A stretch of 64,000 nt of DNA. It comes from Lama guanicoe. Its lineage: Eukaryota. Both the position numbers and the translations under genes were made by a program. A model generated the notes under the pieces. It saw only the letters and a list, made by a program, of their open reading frames with translations. It was not told where the DNA came from and made no database searches. The DNA lies in the NCBI GenBank assembly GCA_013239625.1, contig MU053557.1, positions 4,556,123-4,620,122 of the forward strand, read 5' to 3'. Below, piece by piece: positions 37,816-50,300 of this stretch. How positions within the stretch are numbered: position 1 is the first letter of the stretch; each line of letters begins with the position of its first letter.

Positions 37816-39894
37816 TGAGGCTGTGCATGAATGAAATTTAGTTGCATGAAACAAACCTCATTTGCCTTTTGGATAGTCAGCAGAGCAGATGACATAGTGA
37901 GCTGAACTTTGGAAAAGCCTCCCATGAGATCTTGCAAATGAGATGGGAAAAAGTGTGGGCTGAATCCAAATAAGGTTAGACAGACTGATGACTGATTTAA
38001 AGACTACTAATAAGTTACTTTCTTGCTCTCTTGGATGCTATGTTCAGAGCAGGTTCTTAGTCACGGCTCTCATTCCATTCCAGGCCAAATTTTAATAGTC
38101 TTGGATGAAGGCATAAATTCATTTCTTTAAATAATGTTGAATGAGTGCCTACTCTGTACTGAACACTGAGTGACACTGTTGAGTGAAAACAGAGCCCCTG
38201 CCCTCAAAAAACCCACAGTCCATTGAGGACTGAGAGGTCAGTCAAAGTGTCAGAAAAATGGTTGTGCAGTAACGGCTGTGACAGGGCGAAAGGGAAGTCC
38301 TGTAAGAGCACATCAAAGGCGACTTTCATCTAGGTGGCAAAATCAAGGAAGACTTCCCTGCAGAAGTAACTTTTAAGTTAATATCTGAAAGATACGTAAG
38401 AGTTACAAAGACAAGAGGGAAGAAGAATTCCAGAGAGAGGGACCAGTGTGTCCCTCCAAAGCCCTGTTCCAGGGGGGAATACGACTAGTGTGAAGGAATG
38501 AAAGGCCAGTGAGCCGAGGCGAGGGCACAGGGAGCCCTGAGGAGCTGCATTCATCTGCTAGAATGTAAGCTCTATGAGGGCAGAGAATTTGTGTTATTTT
38601 GCTCACAGCTGTGTCTCCAGTGCCTAGAGCCATGCCTGCCTCATGTAGGTACCAAGAAATATTGAGTGAATGAATGAATGCTGATGTAGGAAGCTGGTAG
38701 AGTACGTAAGGGATATGAACAATAGGTGTTTTGTAGTGCTTTAAGCAGAGGGACATTGTGAACTAATTTCTCTGTTTCGTAGAGATTAGCCTGGCTTCAG
38801 TGTGGAGAAGAGACCAGAGGGGGCAGGAATAGATGTGTGGGACCAGCTAGGATAAGCATTCTATTTCTGGATGAAGGCAGATCAAACTAAGCTGTGGTAC
38901 TGCAGGGAGAGCAGAGTGGAGAGTATTAAGAGATGTTTAAGGGACTTGTTGAGGACCTCCTGGACATGAGCTGGTCAGAGTCATTGTTGAGGTTGGACAG
39001 ACGGTGAATAGGAAAACAGAATCAGAATTCACCATTATCTCAAAAACCTCGATGGAAATGTCACAGTAAGATAAAAAGCACATGAAATAAATGTAAAAAT
39101 ATTAAAATACAATGACACAAGTACAGAGTGGGAAACAGCTAAAAGCAACACATATAAGAAATATGTCAGAGTTTTAGGCACCCTCAAGCTCCAAGTATGA
39201 ATTTATCTGTAAATGAGGCTACCAAACATTAACGCAATGTAGGCCACATGAGGAGATTTACTGTGTCAGAAAACAAGATGGCGAGCCTTGCTGTTCTCTG
39301 GGCCGGCTAATGGGCTGTGCATTCAGCTCTAGATGACAGATACTAAAATAGACATTTATTGATGGGAACTTCCTGAGAAAAGGGCAATAACTCAGCAAAG
39401 CAAGTCATCAAGGAATACCTTAGTTAACAGAGGACATTTAGCAAACATGAGAAAAAACTCGGAGGGAACAGTCACATTTCAGTGCTTAAAGGCTCTCATG
39501 AGAGATTGTACTTCTGTGGTCTCTGGGAGTCTAATCCAGGGTGAGCGTAACAGGACGAAAGATTTCCACTTAGTGACAGAAAGAGTTTCCTAAATCAATC
39601 TGTCCCAAAATAGAAAACTTCAGCAAGCCTGGAGCCTCCTTGGGGGAGAGTAAGCAGATGAAGGCTAAGCGAAGGCGGAGCCAGGTCATGAAACACAAGG
39701 CTTGTGTTTCTGGCTGCTTGGATTCTGAGCTTGATTCTCAAAGCAACGTGGAAACGTCACGAGCATTTTAAAGGAGGCCTGCATCGTGTTCCAGTTTATA
39801 TTCTGGGAGGACCACTTCAGGGTTGAGGATGCCCTGGGCGCGAGCCTCACTGGAGTGGTCAGGCGTGTCCAGAGCATGCGCCAGCTCACACCCA

Positions 39895-41700
39895 ACTGCT
39901 GATTCTCTGACTGAGATTGCATTGAACCTGTAGATCAATCTGGGGAGAAATGACATCTAGACAACACTGACAAATCCACGAATGCAGCATGTCTTTCCAT
40001 TTGTGTAGGTCTAGTTCAGTTTCTCTCATCAATGTTTTATAAATGTGAGCACATAAATCTTGCATGTATTTTGTTAGACTTATCTCTGTGTTTTGTGGTT
40101 TGGGTACTGGTGTGACATATTGTTTGTAGAGTCTTTAGGATTTCCTACCTAGATAATCATGTGATCTGTAAGTGAAGACAATTTTCATTTCTTCCTTTCT
40201 AATCTTAGTATTATTTATTTTTTGTTCTTTCTTTCAGTACACCTTTGAATAGTAGTGAGGGTGGATATCTTTGCCTTGTTTCTGATCTCAGGGATAAGCA
40301 TTCAGTCTTTTATACATTAAATATGATGTTAGCTATACATTTTCATAGTTGACCTTTATTAGATTGAAGAACTTCCCTATTATTTCTAGTTTCATGAGAG
40401 ATTCTTTTATGAATGAATGTTGACTTTTTCCAAAGTGCTTTTTTCTGCATCTATTGAGATAATCACTTTTTATCAGTTGATATGGTGATTGCATTGATTA
40501 ATTTTTGAATACTGAACTAACCTTACAAGGATAAACTCTCGTCTTCACTATGTGTTATCCTTTTTATATATTGCTCAATTTAATTTACTACTATTTTGCC
40601 AAGGGCTTTTGCATCTCTGTTTGTGAGGGATATTTGGGCTGTAGATTTATTTTCATGTAATGTCTTTGTCTAATTTTGGTATCAGGTTAATACTGGATTT
40701 ATAAAACAAATTGGAAAATATTCCATCCTCTTCCATTTTTTGGAAAAAAAAAATTCTCTAGAATTGGTATTATTCCTCCCTGAAGTGTTTGGTAAAATTC
40801 ACCACTGAACTCATGTGGACTAGGAGTTTTCTTTGTTGGAAAGTTTTTAGCCACAAATTTAATTTTTTAATAGGTATAGCATTGTTTGGACTACCCATTT
40901 CTTCCTGAGTGAGCTTTGGGAGTTTGAATCTTTCAGGCAGTTTTTCGATTTCATGTAAGTTCTCAAATTTATTGGTATAAAGTTGTTCATATTATTCCCT
41001 TATTAACCTTTTAATTTCTATTGGATCTCTAATAAAATCTTCTCTTTCATTTCTGATATTGGTAACTGGTATTTTCTCTCTCTCTCTTTTTTAATTGAAC
41101 ATAACAGATAGAAATTTATAAATTATAGTTTCATGGATTTTCCCTATTATTTTCCTGGTTTCCATATTGTTGATTTCTGCTCTTATCTTTATTTCCTTCT
41201 TTGTGCTTCCTTTGTGTTTAACTTGCTTTCTTTTTTATAATTTCTTAAGGTGGCTTAAGCTAAGATCACTGTTGAAACTTTTCTTCTTTAAAAGTAATTA
41301 ATGTCATACATGTTCCTAAAACATTTCTTTAGCTGTATCACACAAATTTTTACATGTGGTGTTTTCATTTGTCTAACTCAAAGTACTTTAGAATTTCCTG
41401 TGTGATTCCTTCTTTGATCCATGAGTTATTATTTAGAGTGTATTTTTAAATTTCTAATTATTTAGAGTTTTGGAGGCTGTATCTCTAGTTTTATTTCTAG
41501 TGTAATGCTATAATGGTCAGAGAACATGCTTTGTGTTATTTCAGTCCTTATACATTTGCAGAGGTGTGTTTTGTGGCCTAGAATGTGACTTACTTTGGTG
41601 AATGTTCCATGTGTACTTGAAAAGAATGTTTACTTTGCTATTGTTAAGTCGAATACATGTTAATTACGTCAGGTTGGTTGATAGTGTCCTTTGAGTCTTC
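39895..41700 (-). mobile_element. Old antisense L1, present only in copy B
   Basis: Minus ORF MSFLPRLIYRFNAIS and long T-rich L1 sequence. It interrupts homology with ~12270. Confidence 0.85.
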
Positions 41701-43869
41701 AACCACATGTTGGTTGAAAGTTTCCTCAGAGTCGTTCTGTTCCTTCAGTCTCCTTCACGTCTTCTTCAGGAGTCATACAATCATAAATATGTATGCACCT
41801 AATAATAGAATTTGAGAATACAAAAAGCAAAATAGTGTAACTAAAAGAAAGAAAACCACAGTTGTGTCTGAAGACATCAACACTGAGAGCACAAGTAGAT
41901 GAAGAGAAGTTACAAGAGAAAAGAAGAGAAAAAGTAGAAATTCAACCCATATTTCTTCATCATCAGTATAACCTCACCATCATTAAACATTTATTGTCTC
42001 CCTGAGATATGCTTTACCATCAGGGGTTGAAAACTTCTATGTCTACAAGGGCCAAGCAGTTGCATAAGTTAGTGGAGTTGGCTGGGTGACATCTGCTTTA
42101 GAGGAGGTCAGAGAAGCAACAGAAAGAGGTATAGCCCTGATGCACAGGAGGGGACATGGCCAGTCTAAGGAGGAGGACCCCGCTCAGCTGTTATAAAATG
42201 AGAAACATGCTGTAAAATATGACCAGACTTTCTTATTTGGCATGGAAACCAGAAATCCATGTCTTCAAGTGAATATCCCCATTTTTTTAATGTTGGAAAG
42301 GTAAATCAAAATAATACTTGAAACACTGTGTGGACCGATACTTTAGTACAAACAAACTTGCCTGCAGGCCAAGTCCAGCCCAAGGGCCTTTTCTTTGCAA
42401 CCTCAGATATAAACGCTAATAATTCTTCCTCTTGGAGAGCTCACAATTTAGTTGGAATTACAAGATATGCACTTGCGTTATACGTTTCAAGGGAAACCAT
42501 GGTGGGCGCCATTGAGAGATAAGAACAAAATGGGATGTATTCAAACTTTTTCTCATTCAGCAAACATGCATTTATCACCTACTGTGTTCCAGGTGTTATT
42601 CTAGGTAGTGGAGATTCATCAATGAAAAAAACAGATGAAGTCCTTGCCCTCAAGGATCTAAAAGTCTAGTGAGAGGATAAAGACAGTGAAAAATCATAAA
42701 TGAATAAATTATGTAGTGAGTTATAAGAGGATATGTACTTTTTTTTTAATTAAAAAAAAAAAAGATTGGAACTGCCAGAGTAGAAGAGCTGCAGTTTTCA
42801 TTAGGACAGAGAGAGATGTGGTCACTGAGAAGGTGACAACTGACCAAAGATTTGAGGACGTGAGGAAGGGTGCGTGAACATCCAGGAGAAGAGCATGCCA
42901 GGAGATGGGAATAGCCAGTGCAGAGACCTGAGGCAGGAGTGCATGCTAGAGGAAGACCAAGCTAGAAAGTGTTGCTTGAACAGAGTATGCCAGGGTGAGG
43001 GATCAATCATGTTTGGGAAGAAGCCAAGAGCACCTTAAAAAGGGGTCATTGAGGAGTGTTAAGTAGAAAGGCTGTTTGCAAAGCTATGCACAGAGTTAAG
43101 ACAAACGAGCAAGGTCATGCCCTGGAGAGGTAGCACTAGCTTGATGGCTCTAGCACTTCTAGGCCAGAAGAGGGCAGCAGAGAGCAGGATTTCTGGAACC
43201 TCGAGTGGGCTGGCCGTGGGACAGGGCTGCTGGCAGGAGATGTGGTCTTTGGTGAAGGAGCACAGTCGTGGCCACAACCAGGCTTGGCAAGGAAGGAAAC
43301 AGAAGACTAAATACCTCAACCTCTCTCAGCTCCCATTTCCCCTTCCAGTACCACAGCCTGCCACCAACTGATCTAACTCCAAGCCAAAAGGCAGTGGAGC
43401 ACATTTGAAGATTCCTGTGGCCACCCTGCTGATGAGGAAAGGAGAGGGGAAAAGTCTGGAGAATGGATCCGGAGCGACAAAAGGAGAATGTCCAGGACAG
43501 AGAGAGTAGAGGGAGGTGAGGCTTGTGGTTTTGTAAAGCATGGTAAGCCATTGCAAAAATATTACATTTTACTCTAACTGAAATGTGGAGCCACTGCAGG
43601 ATTTTTTAGCAGAAGATTGATATGTTGACCTTTAATTTGCAAAGAATCACTCTTGCTGTTCTGTAGAAATGGGCTGTGGGTGAGAGAAGGGCAGGAGTGG
43701 AGTCTCCTGGCCTTGACTTGGACCTCGGTGATGGTGGAGATGGTGAGAAGTGTTCTGATTCTGGATATATCCAAATAAATCTAAAAGATTTCTAGTTGGA
43801 TTAAGTGTAGGATGTAGGAGAAAGAGAAGCATCAATAGTGACTAATGTTTTGGTCTGAGCACTCAGAAA

Positions 43870-44560
43870 GATGGATCCAGCGATCCCACTTCTAGGTACG
43901 TATCTGAAGTAAATGAAATCACTCCTTGAAAAGTTATCTGCACCCTTATGTTCATTGCAGCATTATTTACAATCGCCAAGACATGTAAGCAACTTAAGTA
44001 TCCACTGAAAAATAGATAGAAAATGTGATATATAGACATAGATAAATATGATGGAATATTACTTGCCATGAAAAAGAAGGAAATCCTGCCATTTGCAACA
44101 ACATGGATGGACCTTGAGGGCATTATGCTAAGTGAAATAAGTTAGAGACGAATACTGCACGACCTCACTTACATGTGAAATCTAAAAAAAACAAACTCAG
44201 AGAATAGATGAGTGGTTGCCAGAGGAGGGAATGAGGAGGTGGGCAAAGGGGGTGAAGGTGATCAGAAGGTACAAACCTCTGGTTATAAGATATATATAAG
44301 TCCTGAGGATGTAATGTACAGCATATTGCCTATAGTTAATGATGCTGTATTGTGTACTTGAAAGTCGTTGAGAGAGTAGATCTTAAAAGTTCCTACCACA
44401 AGAAAAAAATTGTGATTATGTGAGGTGATGGATGTTAACTGGACTTATTGTGGTGATCACTTCACAGTTCTATGCATATAACAGATTATCATGTTGTACA
44501 CCTAAAATGAAAACAATAGTGTAGGTCACCTATATCTCAAAACTGGAAAACAAAAGTAAT
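43870..44560 (+). mobile_element. L1 3' end (L1MA/MB-like), present only in copy B
   Basis: atgttcattgcagcattatttacaat..acatggatggaccttgagggcattatgctaagtgaaataag followed by an A-rich tail. Confidence 0.88.
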
Positions 44561-45057
44561 TTTGAAAAAGAAAATTATAAGAACAGTAAAACCAAAAAAA
44601 CAAAAGAAAGAAAGAAAAAGCAAATATATTTACAGAACACCAACTTTGTGCTGGACACTCTTCCAGGCACCAGGGACAAAGCAAGGAATGAAACTGACCA
44701 GGATCCCCACTCTTGTGGAAGTTTCAGAATGACGTTTGTCCAGCATTAGCAAAGACCCACCTGGCAAGAAAGGTCTCTTTCTGGAGACTCACCTACAGCC
44801 CTAGTCCAACAGCCTCTTATTTCTCAACTATTTTCTACTCTACCCTCCACATCAAGACTCCCAGATGCCAGTTCTTTGGTTTTTATAACTAACACTTTGT
44901 TTAAAATTTTATATTTTAGTGAGGAAAACTCTTTTTATATTACATGTAATAATATAAATACATTTTGGTCAACAAAGTGAAAAATAAAAGAAAAAACAAC
45001 TTCACTTAATCCTTACAACACCCCATTAGAGCTTTACTAACATTGTCCCCAGGTTAG

Positions 45058-46353
45058 AGATCAGGACACCAAGAGTCTGGGTGACTAGTCCCAGCTCACC
45101 CACTGACATGTCAAAGCAGAGTCAGGGCTGGAGCCCGGGAAGGGACTGCAGGGCCCTGGTCCTCACTACTCTGCCAGGAGGGCCCAGCAGTGTCTGTGTG
45201 TTGTAGCCCGACTGCCATCAGAGGTGCAGACAGGTCACTGCACCAGGGGTGAGGTGTTACCCAGACTTTTCTCTTGCCAAGGGTCAGCCGAGGTACTGGC
45301 CCAGCAGTTCGAGGGAGGAGGTGGGGCTGCTGACTGGGGCAGAGGTCACCATGCCACCAGCTCTGACCTTACCCGGACTGCTGACTGCTCTTGCCAAAAC
45401 ATCAGTTTCCTGTTTCTTGGCTCCCACAGCCAACCTTAGGTCAAGGGCAGGCAACTGACGCCTCACCCTGGAAGGTTAGCAGTCAAAGTGTCTTTATAGT
45501 AACGGGTCCACTCCCCAGCCCATGTTAAAGATAAAGACACTGAGGCCCATAAAGACTGAGTTATGTGTTCAACACTTACAGACAGTTTTATGGCAAAGCC
45601 TATATGAGAACTCAGACCTCAGGACTCTCAGCTCAGCATGCTTCCACAAAACATGCTAAACTAATCAATTCATGTTTTCAGATTAGGTTCCCCAGTGAGC
45701 AGGCTGGGACAGGAGGGTGTGTTTGTGTGTGTGTGTGTGCACGCACACCAAGTACAGGATACAAGCCCAGGTCTGACACTCCCCACCACTCCCGGGGAAA
45801 GGAATTTCTCCTCAGTCCAACTTATCTTTAAGAAAAGTTCAGGTTTTATGCATCTGACCCAGTGAATGGGACAGGAAGGAGGTGCCCTTCCATCCAGCGA
45901 GGCCACCTCGGGTGTCTTTCCTGGAGACACTCGCACCCGGGCACCAACAGGCCATGCAAGCAGCATGGCTGGAAATAGTGAGAAATGGAAGGCACATCAA
46001 TGCCCATCAATGTGAAAACAGTCAAATACTGATGGTGCATTTAGTCAGCAGTGAAAAAGAATGAAGCAGGTCTAGATGGAGAGTCAAGGAAAGATTTCCA
46101 AGCCATATTATGATGCAAAAACTGAAGAAACTTGCACACAGTGATAGCGTGTGGCCCCACTTATGTACAGAAGCACACTATATATGTGACTTTGAACATA
46201 TAGGAAAGAGACCACATCAGCCTGATGATGGTGATTTGTTCATTCACTCCACAGATGCACATCCAGGGCCCTTCCCATGCCCCTGGCCCTGGGCTGGATG
46301 AGGGGTCAGCAGAGCCCAGAGCAGACAACACCCCTGCCTCCTGTAGCCAGGTG
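45058..46353 (+). repeat. High-identity tract 2, copy B
   Basis: Direct repeat of 15391-16683; the near-identical core is 45396-46353. Confidence 0.97.
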
Positions 46354-46575
46354 AGGGTGTGGGGTTGGTAGGAGAAGGGAGAAGAGCATTATCTCTCTTT
46401 TAAAAGTGCTTTGTGTTATCTGAGGTTTCTAGCAACAGTTATTCACATATGAAATATGTTGTTGTGAATATGTAAATATGTAAATAAACAAAAGAAGAAG
46501 GTGGTGGGAGAAGAGAGGAGGAGGAGAAATTCAGGGCTGAGTATGGCGTGTTGGAGGGGCTCTAAAAGGGGCCTG

Positions 46576-46686
46576 AGGGAGGGGGAGGGTATGCTTAGCA
46601 TGCACGAGGTCATGGGTTCAATCCCTGGTACCTCCTCTAAAAATAAATAGACCTAATTACCTATCCCTACCAAAAATAAAAATTCC
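46576..46686 (+). mobile_element. Vic-1-like SINE lacking its A-box; perfect 12-bp TSD
   Basis: ggggagggtatgcttagcatgcacgaggtcatgggttcaatccc. TSD aaaaggggcctg at 46564-46575 and 46687-46698. Confidence 0.85.
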
Positions 46687-46933
46687 AAAAGGGGCCTGTG
46701 AGGTCTCCTTAGGCACTGACATCACAAGAGGCGTCAAAATCCCTGGAGAGAAAGTCACTGGAAAACTGTATATACCTCCTAGATGATCTTGATCAGCTGA
46801 AATTTTGTTAAATACTGCCTGTGGGGTTCCTTTCACAGGGATGAGGATTAGGGTGTAGACTCCGGGGGACTTCAGTGCCTAGCTCTCCTTTCTTAATCTT
46901 CTGATCCACACCAAAATGAAGTTACAGACTTAA

Positions 46934-46948
46934 CCAGCAGAGGGCAGC
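46934..46948 (+). promoter_or_regulatory. CTCF-like motif CCAGCAGAGGGCAGC (copy B)
   Basis: Strong consensus match; paralog of 18685-18699. Confidence 0.65.
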
Positions 46949-47169
46949 ACAGGCAGGTTATTTAAGCTGCAGAGGAAACAATCTCACCTGAGGAAACTAT
47001 GGTCTTCCCACAGCTCCAGGCTTCCCGGTCGCTCCGAGGATTATTTTAACTGAATGAGATCGGGGTTCCTAACCTCTGATGATGTAAGTCCCATGTATGC
47101 AAAACTATCATTGGCTTGGAGCAACGGAGGATTTTTTTGGTGAGTGTTTTATTTTTCGTTACTCAATTC

Positions 47170-47374
47170 TAGTGGTTCTAAACCTAAGGCAGTTTTGCCT
47201 CCAGGGGGACATATGATAATATCCAGAGACATTCTTAGTTGTCACAGCTGGCTCCTACCTTCCAGTGGGCAGAGGCCAGAGATGCTGCTAAACCACCTAC
47301 AATGCACAGGAAAGCCCCCACCGCAAAGAATGATCCAGCCCAAAATATCAGCGGTGCCACCGTCAAGAAACCCT
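47170..47374. mobile_element. MER20-like hAT-Charlie element
   Basis: tagtggttctaaac..agaggccagagatgctgctaaaccacctacaatgcacagg..aagaaaccctg. Confidence 0.8.
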
Positions 47375-50300
47375 GCTCTATTCAGTCCACTCATGCTGAT
47401 CCATATCTTTGGCAATTTATTGAATGATCATTCAACTGTTCCCGTAGATCACAGGAAAGGAAGAGATGATAGGCAGCTGTTCAAATTGGACACCTGAGAG
47501 TTACTACTTCCCATTGAGCAGGAAATTTAGTGGCTGAGGGGTCCTGTGGTTAGATTTGAATGTCAGTTCTGCCCTAGACAAGCTGAATGGAAACAGGCAC
47601 ATTATACAAAATCTCTCAGCTTTCATTTCCTCTGATGTCAAATGACTATAATCCCCAGGAGGGCAGGGACTCTCTCTATTTGGGGCAACAAAGTATATAC
47701 ATTCTCCTCGCACATAGCAAGTCCTGGTGTGCTTATCTAAGGAATAAATAATACCTGACTTGCTTATGATCTTTTTTAAATCTGATATTGATTGCTACTT
47801 TTAAAAATCTTGAATGTTAGGGATTATTTTTATTAACTGCACTTGTCCTAGCAGAGCCAGACCTGTACTGCATAATAGGTATAGGATCCTGTACTACGCA
47901 TGTACCAGTATTGGTGGTGGGAAAGACTGTAGGCTCTGGTCTCAGATAGCCTGGGTTTAAATCTAAGTTCCACTCCTACTTGATTTACCCTCTCTGTGCC
48001 TCAGTTTCTCTATCTGAAAAAATGGGGTGATAACAATTCCCAAGTCACAGAGTACTTGAAAGAATTGAAGTTAAAGGAGATAATGAAGTCAAAGCTCTTA
48101 GCCCAGTGCCTGGAACACAGCAAGCTCTCAGCAATAGGAGGCTTCATAATGCGTTTGGCCTCCAGCCTCCAAATCAAAGGCACCTCCTCAGTTAACTCTC
48201 CAGCCAGAAGTGGAGGGTCAGTACTGACATCAGAATCTGACCCCAAAGGCCAGGCTGACCCAGCTCCTTTCTGCTGCATGGAAATTCAGGAGCTCACCCT
48301 TACTCCCCACTCCATGTGCTGGAACGAGGGGTTTTGGAACAAACATTCAATATTCTTCTGTGTGCCCACTTAGTCATATTCAAAATACAGCCCCCATGAT
48401 TATTTACACAGAATTTTCATTCTGCTAAAGGACCAAAGAACACTAATAAAGATGTGAAACCTGAAAATTGTTTGGGGAGCAGAGAAACAAATGAGAAAAA
48501 GAAAACTGCAGCCTTTGATTCAATAATGAATTTTGCATAAAGGGCTCCGTATTACAGTGCACCAGAGACCATCCTGCCACACACTCTGCATTCCATTTTT
48601 TATGAGAAGGAGGAAAATGGAAAAAAAAACACACTAAAATGATATTTAGGGCATATTAAAGAAAGTGTATTCAAGCATGTATCTTGATTTGAGCACGTGG
48701 ACACAAACCATTTATATTTTATAGCATAGTAAAAGCTGGGAGTTGAAAAGAAGCATCTAGCCCAATCCTTTCATCTTCTAGAAGAGCAGATTGGAGCATC
48801 TGGGCATTAAGTCACAGGCCCACACTTCAGCCTTGTAATGGCCGACTTGGAAGAGGAGCCACAGGGCTTGTCCCTTCGTCCAGTCCTGCCTGACTCTGGG
48901 ATTTGGCTCCTGACAGGAGCGGACTGGAAGGAAACTTGGGTCCTTCTTCTCCAAGTGCACTCTTCTCACTGGGATTGCAAAGGTCACACATTCCCGTAAT
49001 CTTTACTGAGCACCTACTATGTGCCAGACGCCATTCTTGGTGCTTGGGCTCCAGAAGAGGACAGGACAGGTACTTGCTCCTACTGCCTGTAACTTCCAGT
49101 GGGCCACACAGTGGATAAAAGTGCATGAACAAACTGAGCAACATAATTTCTGGCAGTGTTCCATTCTCCAGGGGAATTTAAAACAGCACATGTGAGAGAG
49201 GGACTGATGGGGAGGTGACTTGGAAGGCCTCTCTAGGCGGGAACGTTCACTAGAGACGAGACCTGAACCACGAGAAGGAGCCAGTCACATGGACATTGGA
49301 GAGAAGATGGTCAGATCAGAAGGAACTGCAACAATGAATGCCTGGGGCAAGTGTGGGAGGCGGGGTGCACAGAAAGGAAGCCTGCATGGCTGGAACAGAG
49401 TGAGTGAGGGGGAGATGCCAGGAGAGGCGGTCAGAGCCCGGGCAAGGCCATGTGCTGTGGTGCAGGCACTCGCCCAGCATCTCCCTGGAAGGTGGAGGCA
49501 GGGCTAAGATTCAGACTGGAGCCTCCAGGCTCAGTTTTCATGGTTCTGTGTCAACTGTGCTGGGCAGACCCGTCCATCATGTTGAGTCACCAGGAGGTCA
49601 GTTGCAGGAGGACCCTGACGCACTGGACTCTGGCCACGTTGTGCTCACTCTCAGGACCTGGCATGGGACAGGCCTCCAAAGGCCAAGGGAGCCCGCAGGG
49701 GTCAAGTGACCAGACAGCATGGCGATGAAAAGTGGACCCTCCCTTCCCTTTAGTCACAGAGACCCATTCAAGGTTAGTCAGTCATGAATCGGCCCTGCCA
49801 GCCGAGAGGAAGGGCTCAGTAGAGCCTGGGGCTAATTTTTTAACTGTTATCAATTTTTAATCACCCAAGGACTTGTGAATACATTTTTCTTTTTTTTAAA
49901 TGAAAGAAAACATGATCCTTAAGGCTCGTGCCCCTGGAGCCCCCCTCCAACCCTGGTCATTTTGTTAGTTCTCCATCGCTGTCCCACTAGAGCTGAATAC
50001 TATTACTATCAGTTAAATGGGAGGCCTTCCAGACCATTTCTTATGTCTTAAAATGCATATGTGTTGTACTCCTGGAGAAGATAGTGTGATTTTTACAGGT
50101 TCATTTAAATAAATTGTAGCATACTACATGTGATGGCCCTGCAACTTGTCTTTGCCCCCCCACCCCCCACACCACACAGACACACACACACACCAGAAAA
50201 CAGGTCTTGAATAGCTATCCAGGTTATATAAACGCCCACCTCATTTTACTAATCGCCGTGTAACACTCCTTTGTATGATGTGCCGCAGTCTATCTCCCTA

